Below, in pieces: positions 40,197-54,900 of a stretch of 64,000 nucleotides of DNA; positions within the stretch are counted from its first letter, which is position 1, and each line of letters begins with the position of its first letter. The DNA lies in NCBI RefSeq assembly GCF_026210795.1, contig NC_089435.1, positions 2,542,001-2,606,000 of the forward strand, read 5' to 3'. The notes beneath the pieces are model-generated. The model did not search any database, was not told the DNA's origin, and was given only the letters and a program-made list of their open reading frames with translations. Made by a program: the position numbers and the translations under genes. The stretch comes from Rhizophagus irregularis. Taxonomy: Eukaryota.

Positions 40197-41597
40197 AATA
40201 TAATTTATATCATTCTAATATTGTAATTATAATTTAATACATATTATTTTATTAATTTTTGTTAACTAATTATTACCTATATAAATTCCTAATTATAAAC
40301 AAAAAAAACTCATTGGTTCCGGCTAGTATGATAAAGCTGCACAATTTATATTATATTAACCATAATAAAAAAAATTAGGGTAACATGCGTGGTAATTGGT
40401 ATCGTATTCTTACTATAATATCGTTATTCGTTTTCTCTAACTAATGACTTAAAATTTGAACGAACATTTTTTAACCATAAATGTCTTTTTGGCTTATTAC
40501 ATGACTCTTCTTTTAAATATGAGTTTATAAAAAAGTTATAGTGAAGAGTTGATTATTTATCTAATTGATTAAACTTACATGCTTGTCCAAATTTAGTCTA
40601 TAAATATATATTTATTATTAGTCAGTCCAATGATTTTATTTGAATCATATCATTGCTGACTACTAGAATATGTTAAATATTCATGTAAACAACTAAATAT
40701 ACGTGATTTAAAAAAGTTGCCGATAAAAACGTTAATGTGAAAAATAATTCATGCACATCATATGATTATTATCCTTCTACTACATTTTTATTTTTATTAT
40801 AAAGACAAGCACAGAGGTGTAATTCTTGATGAATGGTGATTTTTCATGTTTTTACTCCAGAAAAATTCAGTTGCCATCCAGTTGTAGTAGGAATTTTTGT
40901 AACGCTAACGGTAAAGTTATCATTTTGGGACGCTGCTATAAAAAGATTTTTTTAACCAAAATTAAATTTTTTTTTTGTTCTCTTCAGTTTTGTTTTAACC
41001 CGTATTTTTTAAAAAAAATTTTCTCTTCCTTTTATTTTTTAAGACCGGAGGATCTTTTTAATAATATTTTAGTTTGACGCTGCAATGTATGGTGAGTGCC
41101 TTATTTTTTCATTTTATTCTCTTTTATTTTTCTTTCTTTTTTTTTTGCTTTACCTTTTAGGTTTGAATCAGTGAATCGAAATAAATTCATTTTGGAATAA
41201 ATAATAAAACTAAAAATTAATTAATATTTTTTAAATAATTTAATTAATTATTTTTTATTTATTTTTGGTTTTTTTAGCTCAATACCTATTTTTATAATCA
41301 TTTTTTTTTTTTATTTTTTTTTCGGCTCAAACCCAAAAACAAAATTAGTTTTTTTTTTATCATATTATATATTTGTTGAATAGCGCTAATAATAAAAATG
41401 ACTTTTTTTGCTACTATTTTTTTTTTTTTACAGACTCGTATTACTTTTAAATATTTTATTTTATATAATTAAAATTTACTACAGCTTATACAGCTTATGT
41501 TAGAGGATGGAGATAACAAAAAAAATTAAAAAAATGATCAATAACAAAAAAAAGGAAAAGCTCATTTTATAGAGCAACATATTAATATAAATTAATC

Positions 41598-41624
41598 TGT
41601 TGCAACGCAACAAGTTACAGCTAG
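41598..41624 (+). mobile_element. Probable Helitron 3' terminus
   Basis: TGTTGC-AAC-GCAACA hairpin then CTAG|T. Confidence 0.5.
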
Positions 41625-42789
41625 TAGACTATCTAAATTAAAAAAAAATAAGAGTAAATTCTAAAGTAAAATAAATGTTATTAAATTGTTCTATAGTTAA
41701 TATGATAACGAACCACATGAGATCCATCCAAATAATTGACGTTGCGAAGATAGCCCATACGGGCACGTGTTAAGGATCACGTGTAGCCATTACACTTAAC
41801 GCTAAGCTTTGCTACAAATACTTTTGGTGTGGTTATTACCAATAGTTAAATCGTAAACTATGATAAGCTATAAGAAATAAAATTAACATAGCTAAATAAA
41901 AGAATTAAGCATATTTGGTTAGAAATAATTTAATATTGCTAGAGTTGCCATTCGAACAGGTACACAATGAGTGTGTCAGAAGATTAGGTGAACCGAGCTC
42001 ACCATCAACATCACAAGAGACGTCTTCAACTTCTTCTTCAAAGCAACCTGAGCATCCCTCTGGAGAATTATTTTCAAAAGTCGCCATAAAATCCAAGTAA
42101 ATGCCGAGACCGGCAACGCCATCAACTGTCGAATCTCCTACTATCTCTAGGAAAGTCACACTTACCCTCCCCTATTTTTTCGAAAAGTGTTAATATCATT
42201 AATATGACTATCAATAATATTTACGGCGGAGGATCAGATGAGTAAGATGATTAGGATTTTTTTGTTTCATTAATATATTATGAAATCGATGATGCTAATA
42301 CAAACCTAACTATTATTTTTTTTCATCTCTGTAAAATGCTAAAATATATCTCGCGTATTATTCATTAATATAACTTATAAATACACACGTTTAAAAAATT
42401 CAAAATAAAATTCTTTATCAATATGGTATATTTTACAATTACTCTTTTATCAATTCACCGACTTTAATTACATAATATTAGATATTTTTATTTCACTTTC
42501 TCCCCTTTTATAACCTTGGTGATCCGGTGATGTTCCCAGAGCATCCCCATTTCTTAGTTACTCTTTCCACAAAGGTGTCACCGCCCCTGTAGTGGTTTGT
42601 TTTCAGTTTTAGAATTATTTTCGGTTTTAATGTTAGAATCTACGTAATTTGTACTGTAACCTAGTTCGCTTTGTGAAATAAAAATAAAATTGAATGTCAC
42701 CGGTAGGGAGATGGTGACAAAACGATTTGTTCTTAAAGCCGCATAATTTGTCGTGTTTTTCGTTTCATACAGAGTCGGTATGGTTGAAT

Positions 42790-43130
42790 TTTAGCCATTC
42801 TTCGGTGGAGATTTTTGCGGTGGATCTTATGTCGACCGAGAATTTCTTAAACTTAGTGAATCGACTATAAATCTACTTAGAGAAAATAATTATGGTCTAA
42901 TGCAAATACATGATACAACAATTCTGTAATTTCATTTTACAGGAGATCAAAATGATTTTGATTCTTTTGAATTTAATATTGAAGAAATTTTTCCCGTTTT
43001 AAATCAATATTGCAAAGATGAAATTAAAGAAAAAATGGAAAAATGGATTATTGACATAAATTTTGAAGATTTAAAATCTATGTTTGACCTAAATATTCTT
43101 GTTGGAGGACTTAGTGAATCAAAATATTTT
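42790..43130 (+). pseudogene. HSPA12-like (Hsp70/actin-fold) fragment
   Basis: GDFCGGSYVDREFL and ILVGGLSESKY motifs, with deletions and frameshifts. Confidence 0.65.
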
Positions 43131-44546
43131 TTCTCACGATCAACCCGTTTTACGCCAAAAAATTTATCAATTACTGCGCTTTATATAGACTAAATCATTC
43201 ATATGCTCCAGATCTACAAGTCTTTGATCATCCCCGACTCTAAATATTTTTGGCTATCTTAGAAGGAAAATTGTAAAAATATCATAAAAAAATATAATAA
43301 TAAAATGACGTAGTCAAATCACATGTCCAGACCATAAATCAATTACGTGCCTATATACTGCGGTATAATTTTCTGAAAAAAGACACGCGCTTCGCACGTC
43401 TATTCTTTCAGCTGAATATCAACTGCACCAGGTGATCTATCTCACATGACGAAATTTTCCTCTATGCTTTACCGATACCATCCTGAATAGCATTTCGATC
43501 TCGTAATAGTCACCGTGACCCATTCACCTTTTATAGTGTTCCTTATAGTTTTTTTCTTTATGTTCATGATTGCACATAGGATAGAGTACGGAATTATTAA
43601 AATTAAATCCGTCACCACGTTCATAACTATTCCTTAAAGATAGATAAGTCCAATGATATATTTTCATTTTTCTTCAGTAAGTTAGAAATCGAAAGTCTGG
43701 ATTTGCAATCACCTCTGGTATCTGTACTCATCTTTACATCAGTTAATAAAAAATGACAGAATATTTGAAAACTTTTTAACATTTTCTATAAATGAACATC
43801 TGTACCACTAAAAATGGACGTTAAAACTAACGGTTTATTAACATAAAATGACGTTCAAACTGCGGAGGGTATGCTAATAAATGATTATTGAAAGGACGAA
43901 AATAAAGAAAAAAAATCTTCGAGCGTAAAAGAGTTTGATAGATATAAACAAAAAAATTTTTAAATATTATTTTGATTTTCATACACAGTATATAAGTAAG
44001 ATAAAAAAATTGAAATTTAATACTAAATACAGTATATCATTAATAAGTAATGTAATTAACGAAAAGATTTAATACTAAAATATGTATCATTAGAAATAAT
44101 GCTGTAGTTTTTATAATATTTGTGTAATTTCAATAACCTGTATAACAGTTGTATAGTGCTAATAATCGTCGGCGAAACGTTTATTGCGAAATAATCCTGT
44201 AAGTGAAACGTTTATCGATGAGATAATTGTCGGAGAAATGAACCATTATAATTATTATTTATTCTATTTTGAAAGAATTAAATTTTTTACTCGCAATCGA
44301 AATCACTTTACTCGATCGGCAGGTTTAACTTTTCTACAAATTTCGCGTATATTTATTATTCCGGATGATCCCACCAAAATTAATATGGTACGATGATCCA
44401 ACTGATCCGTGAAAAATTGACAATTCAGCCGATTTTATGCAAATGAACTGTGACACAAATTCATTAAAATTAATTAGAATGAATAAAATGAATAAAAAAA
44501 ATATAAAAATATCAGATATGACTTTGAAATTATATTAATAATTAAA

Positions 44547-45647
44547 ATGACAATTACAAGAATAATTAGGATAATTTACTTTTCAATATTAATCATAATT
44601 GAATCAATTATTTATTTTATACCTATAATTACAATATGTCTAATATCAAATTTTTTTATCACGTTAATTTGGTACTTGCCGTCAATATATCAATTATATT
44701 CATTTATTTTTACTAAAAAGAAGGTTGATTTAAGAATAAAAATTTATTTATTTTTATTATCACCTTTAATTATAATATTATATATTCCATTTTGTACCAT
44801 AATTTTTATTGGATATATTGTTAATATTACATTAACACGTCGATTAATAACAATTTTTTTGAGACCAGAATATACAATTTATTCATTTTCTTTAACAGCA
44901 TCATTAATTCACTTGTTTTATCAATACTTACATGAAAATGATTCTTCTAATAATTTAAAAGATTCTTTAATAATTGAAATATTCTTAGAAATTATACAAT
45001 TTATAAAAGATTATTGGAATTTTAATTCAATTAAAATTTCAAAAAAAATTCAAAAATGTGAAATAAATATTTTTAAAATTATCTTTTATAAAATAATCAA
45101 TTTTTTCGATTTTATCATAATTTTTTTATTTCTTATTATAATAATTATATTTTGGATAATAATTTCATTAATAATAATAATTATATATTGTTGTATCTCT
45201 TTAACATCTCAAACTTTTCATAAACAACATGATGAATTTTTAAAGAATCGTGAATGTAATTCACTTAAAATTTTTATAAAAGTTTTAATAATTTTAATAT
45301 TTTTACCAATATTTTATTTAATTGGTGTTATTTATGCTTCATTTATTATTATCATTACTTATATATTATTATGGGTTATTACTATTATTGAAGTATTTAT
45401 TACTGTAATTAAAATGTATAATGAAAATGGTTTTCATAATGTTATGAATTATTTTAGAATAATTATTATTAAATTAATCTTATATTTAGAGAATGTAATT
45501 GGAGTAGAATTTGAATCATTAATTTATTCTTGGTTTGAAATTTATATTGATGATTTTGATGAATATTTATTACAAAAAGCAAATGCTATTATGAAGGTTT
45601 TTGAATTTGGTCTAATACTTAATATTTGTTTTATGAAATATCCTTAA
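44547..45647 (+). CDS. Multi-pass membrane protein of unknown function (3' end may be spliced)
   Basis: 366-codon ORF with several hydrophobic segments and polar loops. Confidence 0.6.
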   Translation: MTITRIIRIIYFSILIIIESIIYFIPIITICLISNFFITLIWYLPSIYQLYSFIFTKKKVDLRIKIYLFLLSPLIIILYIPFCTIIFIGYIVNITLTRRLITIFLRPEYTIYSFSLTASLIHLFYQYLHENDSSNNLKDSLIIEIFLEIIQFIKDYWNFNSIKISKKIQKCEINIFKIIFYKIINFFDFIIIFLFLIIIIIFWIIISLIIIIIYCCISLTSQTFHKQHDEFLKNRECNSLKIFIKVLIILIFLPIFYLIGVIYASFIIIITYILLWVITIIEVFITVIKMYNENGFHNVMNYFRIIIIKLILYLENVIGVEFESLIYSWFEIYIDDFDEYLLQKANAIMKVFEFGLILNICFMKYP

Positions 45648-47379
45648 ATGTTATTTAGGCATTTACAATTATTTTAATTATTTCAATTAAAGTAGTTAAA
45701 GTTGAATAATAAAAATTATTATTACTATCTCTTATGATACAATTGAGAGGTCACGTAAATAGTTTAAATTGCCATCAAGTTTACAATTGGTCAGCGATTG
45801 CAGCTCTACACCTGCATATTCTAAAGCTAATGAATATTTTGTTACTAAATACAAAAAAAATAAAAAAAATAAAAAAAATAAGAAAAATAAAATGAAAATA
45901 AAATGAAAGTGTTTAAGAAATAGAAGTTTGTTTGATAATATAAAGCATGCCAATACATATTACAAGTAACCAACATAATCATTAGTCCCTTGAAAGTGAT
46001 CTGCAAATATAGTTTTCATAGAAGTATGTATATACTTGTTGAGCAAATGTGGTTTTTCCTTTTCTACAGCAGTGGATCTCCATTTTGAGTTCCAATTTCC
46101 AAATATTGTTTTAAAATTTTTGACAAGATAATGCAAATCTTCAATATTCTTCATCAACTGCTTCATTTAACTTATAGAGTTTTTGATGATTCAATTGTAA
46201 TGAGAAAATGGGTTGTCCATATATAGTCTATACGTGAAGCTATGTTGACATTATTTTGTTTTGCACTGAAGGTAGATTGAGGATTCGTGTCAGTAATATC
46301 ATACAATAAATTAGTAGTATCAAACATCATTGCATTTTCCAAGTATTCAAAGAGACGATGTTTAGGCTTTGCCTTGTAATCTCTTCTTCACAGTTCACAA
46401 ACTTTAATAGAATTCTGAATGACCTTGGTTCACCAATACTTTGCAGAAACTTTTAAAATCGAAACCACATCGTAACTATATCAAAACTTTATCATAGAAC
46501 TTATCGTAAAGATTTAATACCATATTGTGACCAAATCTTGATTATAAGTTTATGCGGATCGTACAGTATGTATAAAGTTGATGCAAATTAAGGAAATCGT
46601 CACCTGATTTAACCGGCTCGTGCAAAAATAGTATTGAAATCGAAAACATATAGTAAATGTATATTTAAATTATATTAAATGCATGTTTAAGTTATAGTAA
46701 ACAAATATTAAAGTTGCAGTAAAGTTATAGTTTATTTATTTTAAAATTGATGTACTATAATAAACTTTATTTTAGAAATATTAAATTGTTCTATCCTAAA
46801 TCTAATCATACGAATTATTCTAATCTATAAATAAAACTAAATTGTTCAATAAACATAGATATAAATTTCATATATATAACGTTAAATGTCCTCTTAACTC
46901 TATTAAAAACATTTTTTTCAAAATTTTTTTTTTTAAAAAAAATAAAGGTTATTACTTATTAAAATGCTTTTTAAAAAGAAAGTCTTTGAAAGTATTCTGA
47001 AACACACCTCTGGGGTTCCGGTAATAAAGGCGGGCTGGTGTCTTATGAAAAGATGAACAAAAATGTTATTAAAACATCTTTTTAAATTTAGTTTCGAAAT
47101 TATTTTGAAACTCACATTTATCCTTTATAATTCTATCGTGAAGTTTTAAGATTTTCGCTTCTCATTCTATTAATTTTTTGCGAAACAAAGTGATTTCTGA
47201 CATTGTATTACAAGGCCCTAGTCGTTGGTGAAATGATTATCAAGGAAGTAGCCGTTCTCCTTTTTTAATAAAGATAAGTGGTGGACATTTCCTATAATAA
47301 CAATTAATTATTGGATCCCCATATTCCCATAAAGGAGGTGTTAGTTTTATTTGATTTCTTTTAACTTCGGAAGGTATTT

Positions 47380-49035
47380 TAACGAATCCTTAACGAATCC
47401 TTACTAAGTTTCGTAATGAACTCAATCTTCCAGTAGTCAGGACTTGAATCCTACAAAAAGAAAATAGAGGAACGTCAACAATACGTTTTCTTTTTTTAAG
47501 AAATCAAAAAAAGTAAAGTTTATGTTGAAACTTACTCTGTCTTTTCCGATGACCTAGTTTGCCTGAGTATATAAAAAAGAAAGTTTAAAAATTTTGAAAC
47601 ACTAAACATATGAGCCAGAACCTATATAATAGGAAAAAAACGTTAATAAAATGTTTTTAAGGTCTGCATCTGGAAATAATTTTGAAAACTTCCCGATTCT
47701 TCTGTGTCCAATCTTACGAAAAAAGAAAAAAAAAGACAAAATCCATTTTTTTAAAGGTTCAAATTTTTTTTTTCGAAACTTATCTGTCCTACACGTCTAA
47801 AGAAAAAAGTTGCAATGCTAATGAATGTTTCGTTAAAATAGTTAGCTCAAAGAAAACCTACTCACCAAATTCTCACATGTTTAAAGTAATCCGAAGAAAT
47901 GGCTACTATCTAAAAAAAGGAAACAACCCATTAGAAAACATTTCGTTAAGAGGAACAAATTAACTGATTTTTCACCAAGAATTTACGCGTCCAATGTCTA
48001 ACTATCACCCAAGTCATACTTGAAATATCGAAAGATAGATTATTGAATTCAGTCTTCAATAGTACAAAAGTATCGTATGGAGGGTACTCATCTTTAATCT
48101 AATCAACAGGGACTTTGGTTTAATTCAACTCTCACGATACCCTACGAATCCCTAAGCTTAGAAAAGGTATCTCATCGATATCTAAAAAAAAAAAGAAAAA
48201 CAAAATCATTTAAAAAAAAACCTCCCATTGAAATCTCATCCCCCATCTAGAAAAGTCACCTAAAACAAAAGAATTAAATTCAAAATCATATACCCTGATT
48301 TTCTTTCCCATGTGTCCAGCCCATCTAAAAAAAAAGATAAAATTGAAGTTAATGTACAGTACATTTCGTTAGAATAAATAAACTAAAACAGAGAAAAAAC
48401 TTATTAAAAACGCGTCCAAAGAAACCCGAAAAACTACCTGAAAAGAAATGAACTGTTAGTGACCGTTTGTTAAAATAAATTAAAGAAAAAAAATTTTTTT
48501 CTAAAACTTACGAAATGTCACATAGGAGACCGAGGAGCCGCCTAAAGAAAAAGAAAAAATTGAAATGTTATAACATTTCATTATCATTATAGAATTTGAT
48601 TTTTTTTTTCTGGATTCTCTTCAACTTTTTTTTAAATAAAATACGGGAGAAGAAGGAAAGGATGAGGGATGAAAACGAAATTTTTATAAAAAAAAATTTA
48701 AAAATATGGTGGTTAAACAACCGTAAAAAATATATTTTTTTTTTTAAGCAAATTATAAAACAGTTTTTTTAGTAAAAAAAATTTTTTTTTTAAAAAAAAA
48801 GATATAAACAATGAAGGGAAGAAGGAATGAAGAGAAAAATGAAGGAAAGAAATGTGGGGAAATGAAAGGTAAAGGGCGAAAGGAAAGATTTTCGTTGGAA
48901 AAAAAATTTAAAAGTTAAAAATAGTTTATTTTTATATTAATGATCGCTAAGTTAAAAAAAGTTTAGATCAAACTATTAATTATTTTATAATGTCCCGTGT
49001 ATCACATGATACATAAGGCTTTTCCCGATGTTAAA
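47380..49035 (-). other. Second minus-strand short-exon array, related in layout to 1623-7850
   Basis: Repeated cttac/ctcac...ctaaaaa units; shared upstream motif tgatacataa...cccgat(a/g)ttaaa. Confidence 0.5.
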
Positions 49036-50299
49036 AATTATCATACAGAATAAAATTTATATAAAAAATATGAATAAAATAAATTGGCAGATTCATCGCT
49101 ATTGATGTTATTTACCACCTATTCACCACCTATTCACCACCTATTTAATAGCATTTTACAACTTCATAAAAATATGTTATTGACAATTTCACGAGATAAT
49201 TTGATACCATGTCGCCACATGTTGGATAATAGATCGTTATGATTTGATGGCGATTTCTTAACTGCATGGTAACAAATCACAGGTTTCTGCAAAGTATATG
49301 TTTAACAGTTAGGTATCTTGAGGCACAAATGTGAATGAGAACACAGTTATGAAAATAATAAAACAGTGTTAATTTCCAATAATCTTCTAACTCTTGCCAC
49401 TTTGTTTAATATTGTGGAAATGGTAGTGTTCTTTATCCATAGACTATAGTGGATCTCGTCTTGACAGTTTTGATAACCTTACAATCATCATCATTGCTTG
49501 AGACTTGATTGTCTGTCCATTTTTCATCCCTTATTGAGATCATGAGATCACAATATATCTCAAGCTTTTCATGATATTCTAAAAATAATACAAAGTGACA
49601 AAATTGCTATCACCTTAAGATTTCATCAATTACTTGGTTTTTTAATGAAATATCTTACATATTTAGTAAAATGTTTGTTAATACTGTACAAGCCATTTTC
49701 TTTTTGTCTTCAAACTCATTTACAGGCAATTTATTAAGCAATAAGCTGGGATTATTACTTAGTTATGATCCTACAAGAATATGATATTTTCTTATAATTT
49801 GATATAGTATTATTCAAAATGTAAAAACTTATATCTGGGTAAAATAAAAATAAATTCTTTGTAAATATCTAATTAATAATAACATTCCATCTAATTTTTT
49901 ACATTAAGAGTTGTGAACAAAGTATACAAGAACATTCTAAATCCATTCCTGCATTTTGAGCTAGCTGATAAAATTATTATAAATTATTTGTAAAATCTTA
50001 TGATAATAAGAATATTTATACTGGTTATATATCAATCTCTTTAAGAATTCTAATAAAATCTGTAATTATTATTATTTATTTGAAAGTTTAAAAAATTTAT
50101 ATAGATTTTACTTTTATGACTTATATATAAATTTTTTAAAATTAATAATTTTTTGCAATTTTAAACATAAATAAATAAATTAATTAAGGCCCCCTATTAT
50201 TATTAATTTATATCAAATATTGTATTACTTTATATTATTATCAAAACAATAATATGTTTTGAAAAATTGTAGTTTAAGATATATCTGCTCATGTAGAAG

Positions 50300-50900
50300 A
50301 GGTTTGTTGATTGTAAATTTTGGTTGCCAAATCCCTTTTGATCAGTCAGTTGCTTTTCTAATTGAATTAAATTTTTTATCAGGACTAGTCTGATTATCAT
50401 ATGGTGGAGGATACTGAATGGCATCTTTGGATTGGTCTCATAGAGGAAAATTAATGAATAATGATCTTTACTAATAACACATAAAAACCATTTCATCATT
50501 TACTTAGTTCCAAATATATCAACTATCTTTATAAGATATTATAAGTGTTACTGTCTCCATCTTTTTGGACCTTAGATGATATTATCTTCATTCCATTTTT
50601 TGTAATTAGTATTGGGTTGATGTCTTCATTGTTCATTATTATTGCCTCCTTTAGCTGCATCTGTGTAAGAGGAAGGCTTATTTTTCTTGAACTGATTTAA
50701 GGCTTGAGTTCTATTCAAATATTTAGGTTTGACTTGTCATTCTTTATCGCAGTCTTTAGTGATGTGAGCAGGTGAACCATATGCATGGCAGGCATTTTCA
50801 TCTAAGCTTAACCAAAAAAGTTCATTGCCTTAATATTCATTTCTAAATTTGCTAATGTATACGCTCTGACCTTTTATTTGATTTACAAATTAAAGATTGA
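50300..50900 (-). mobile_element. Retroelement gag/ORF1 relic with degenerate zinc knuckle
   Basis: CHAYGSPAHITKDC at about 50748-50790. Confidence 0.45.
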
Positions 50901-53559
50901 TGACTATCTGACACCCAACAGTCTACACACAACTCCCTATATTCCTTAGGAATATTTGGACAATAAATTATCCAATGACTATCTGAGCAATAAATACAAC
51001 GTATTTTGCTATGCAAGTCAAATAAGATATTTAGAAATTATTTGTCTATTTGGTATAATATAGGACTCTAAATAATACATACACATGACACTTGATTATC
51101 TACTATATGAACCTCAAACTCTTTTTTTTTTAAAAAAATTAAACTTATTTAGCCATATATTTGAGGCATTCTTGAGTTCAAGCTTGACTTTCTTATCCAA
51201 AAACTTATCCAGCTCAAATGATCCCATTCCATAATCTACATCTGTATATTCTTTTTTTTTTTTACTTCACTGCAACTCTTCCTTCTCCTTTAGTAAATTA
51301 TTCTTTGCAATGACAATTTAACTGTAACCTTTCTCAGCTCTTTATTCCACTTATTAAATTGGTAAAGATCCAAATATAAAAATTTTTATGCTCATAAATA
51401 TATTATATTATCATTCTCCATAATAATTATCAGCTTTCCTGAAAATTTCCCTACAACAATTTCCTAATTTTTTTTCATAATAATTTGCCAAATTATATTT
51501 AAATCAACTTTATGTCCCATTTTTTTTCTTTATTCTATAATTAAAGAAATTAAAATCTCATGATTTTATTGAAAAATCTGTATATTAAGTCACATAATTT
51601 AAATATATGGATAGATATTTAGCTTGAATTTGTTACTATCTAAGGTTGCTTCTTGGTTGGATAGTATATTAAGAGATTTGACTCCAAGACTTTTCATATT
51701 TCTATTAATATCCAAAACAAATTTGATAAGGTTTGATTCTTTAACAGAAAGAATTGAAACAGATATAAACATCAATATTATTTACAAAATTTTTTTGAAA
51801 AAAATTTAGTAAAGGATAACTATGTATATTAAAAATGACTTTGAAGTAATAGGAGTATTAGTAATATTAGCTACTAATTTTTATATACTTTCTACATAAT
51901 TATCTATATTACAGTATCCAATTTTAAAGATTGTCTCATAATTGTTCTTGTCATGAAACTATATATACTTTATTTACTAATTCTATGTTATTCTTTAATA
52001 TTCACTGTTAACAATGCTCTTGATTTTTGTTTTCTTGCTGTAGCACCTGAAGTTGTTGTGGATTGTGATTGAGAAGATTTTCTGTCCATTGTTAAACCTT
52101 CTTATTGCTTGTTGTTTATTTTTTAGTCTCTTTTTCTGTTAGCTAATATTTAAATTTCATGTTCAGTAAGAAATTGTTAATTTTAAATTGATATATTAGA
52201 AAAAACTTTCTTTTGTTATTCTGTTGAAGGATATGAGTTTGAAAGATATGTGATTAAATAACAATTTCCTTTTGATAAAGAGTAGTAATTAATAACAGGA
52301 GTATAAGAATTCTGATATCCATCTATAAGATTAAGTTCATATTATTGGAGATAAAATTATAATTTATTCTATATAGTTCAATAATCAATTGTAAAGGAAA
52401 TTTTGCCAGAAATATTTGTATTTTTTTCTTTATCAGTTATAATAACCTTTACATATTAGCATTGGATCTAAAGTTGAGGACTCAGATCTGTTAATCAAAT
52501 GCAAGGGATGCTCATCTTCAAAGTGTGCCATTTTCTAGAGCTGAATTTATACAATACTAGACTTGCCAAACTTATTTAGAACTAAAGTTAAAAGAAAGTC
52601 TATTAGTATGCTAGCCTCCAGAACTTGCTTCCAGTTATCTTGTATAAAGTTCCATATATTTTTCCAGATGGCAAAGTGTCATGATCTTTTAGTTTTTTGA
52701 GATACAAGTAAACTTCTTTTGCACCAGTTCTATAATTTCAGTAGGATGTAATGAATAAGTGTGTAATTAATAAAATAAGGTTCTTCAACAATTGTAAATG
52801 GATATTTTAAATAAAGTGAGTCCAGATATAAAAACTATTGCATTAATTTTTTGAAAGGCACTTAATGACAATTTAATTCTACAATAAGTTTCTAATTTAA
52901 ACTCTGCAAAAAATTATATGCTCTTTTCAATTCAAACTAACTTTTTTCTAAAGCTATCTTCATTTGCATTAATGATTTTTGTGATTCTAATGTAATCCAT
53001 AATTTGTGTTATTCTGAATCATATGCATCATTAAATTCATAATATGGTCCCACCTTTTACTTAGTATAAAATGAAATTATATTTAAATATAAGTTTATAA
53101 ACTATTTTTAGAGATTTCAAATGGTTAATGTCAACTGTTTCATTAATCCAATTTTTGGAATCTTAACCAAATTTCTTATTTTGCAATTATAATAGAAAAA
53201 AATATCCCTTGTTTTTTAAATTGTAAAAATGGTAATGTATAAAATATATTATAGAATGCTTGAAAAGGTTGTTGATGAAGGTGTATCAATAATAATGATA
53301 ATGAATAGCTTTTATCTATACAATTAATAAATTACTTTAATAAATTATTGGGTTATTATAATAATAGAAGCCTAATAATCTATATACCTTTTAACATGAA
53401 GTTAATAAAGGTTAAAGCAGTGTTAAAGCAGTGGATATTTATAATAAATGGGATATTTTTCAGAAATGTTTTTCTGTGCATTTGTGATTGCTATCACATT
53501 ATCAGTGATGAAAGGTTTTTGCTAATGCTAGTATAACATAAAAATGACACCAAACTATT

Positions 53560-53812
53560 TTTGAAAAATTTTGTACATGAGTGGTTATTGTTTGTTATAA
53601 ATCTTTTTTCAATTTTTAATATTGCCAATTGATACATAAATAGAATGTAACTGACTTTTTCCTAATGTGTCAACATTTGTAGCATCTGAGTATAATATTA
53701 TAGATAAAAGCTTGCAGCCATTTGGAATGAATTTTTCTGCATTTTCCCACCAAATTCCAGTATTTTTCTCACTAAAAAAATATTCTAATGTTAGTACATG
53801 AAAGATTTCCAT
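53560..53812 (-). mobile_element. Plavaka transposase fragment
   Basis: NTGIWWENAE...LLSIILYSDAT..DTLGK..HSIYVSIGNI. Confidence 0.8.
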
Positions 53813-54499
53813 GTACTAATAAATTTGTTTTCCTTTAGCCAAGCAATCAGATCTTAATTGCCTCCATAAAAATTTGGAAATTCAGCAACCCATCCTTAAT
53901 ATCAAAAAGGATTGTTAATCACTTGCATATTTCCAGCTAGATTATTATTGGTATTTGGTAATGTTTGTGTTAATGTATCAATAGCTGCTCTTAATTGTTA
54001 AAAGTCATTGTTAATTGGGTTGCACCATATTATTATTTGTGATAAGAAGTGCTGGAGTAGGATTATTTAATGTATTATATATAGGGATAATGGTATATAA
54101 TATTGCTGTAAATCCTCTTCAGAAGTTTCTGATGAAATAGGTTTTCAGATTCTGAAAGTGGTGGTTTTGCTAACAAAATTATTTAAAATTAATGAAAATT
54201 CAAGCTTCTTATTGTTTACATTGTACAAAATAATGAACTATAGACATTTTTTAAATTAAGAGGCTTATAGTCTCTCCTTGGTATGCCATTTTAGAATTAT
54301 TAAGTTTGTAAATTATTTCATCTAATACAATTTTAAAACATATTCACATCATTTTTCCAATGAATCACTTATAACTTTAATAATTTACCTCTGTTGGGTA
54401 ATACTTTAACTTTTGTTGTAAAATATGCTTGTACTTAAATGTTATATAATGTGTAAAAAAATAAAACAAAATAATAAGTCTTCTAATAATTTGAATGTC

Positions 54500-54900
54500 A
54501 AGCTCATTATCTGTTCTGGAAAGAATTCAAAAATGTTATAAGCTTTCTCTGCTATGATTGCATAATGAGATGTCAATCTTTATAAGAAAGTCATGTACCA
54601 ATTTTTTATTTGTTTAATATTTTGATAATAAAGCAATTGAGAACTCTATGCCTATATTTGATCCATGGAAATGTGTTTATAAAATCTTTTTTAAAACTCA
54701 TAGCTAAAAAAAATATGCCTATGCCAATTAAAGTTGGTGTACCAACTATAATAATTCCTATATATTGTGGGGAGTAAATAGTTCTTTGACATTCATTCTG
54801 ACTATAAGATTTAATAATAGTGCCAAATAACTGATAATATCGATTCCCATCAATATGCCATAGGGCATTAGGACCTGCTACTTTATATTTTTGCTTTGGA
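54500..54900 (-). mobile_element. Integrase-core-like transposase relic
   Basis: VAGPNALWHIDGN motif at about 54843-54881. Confidence 0.55.
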
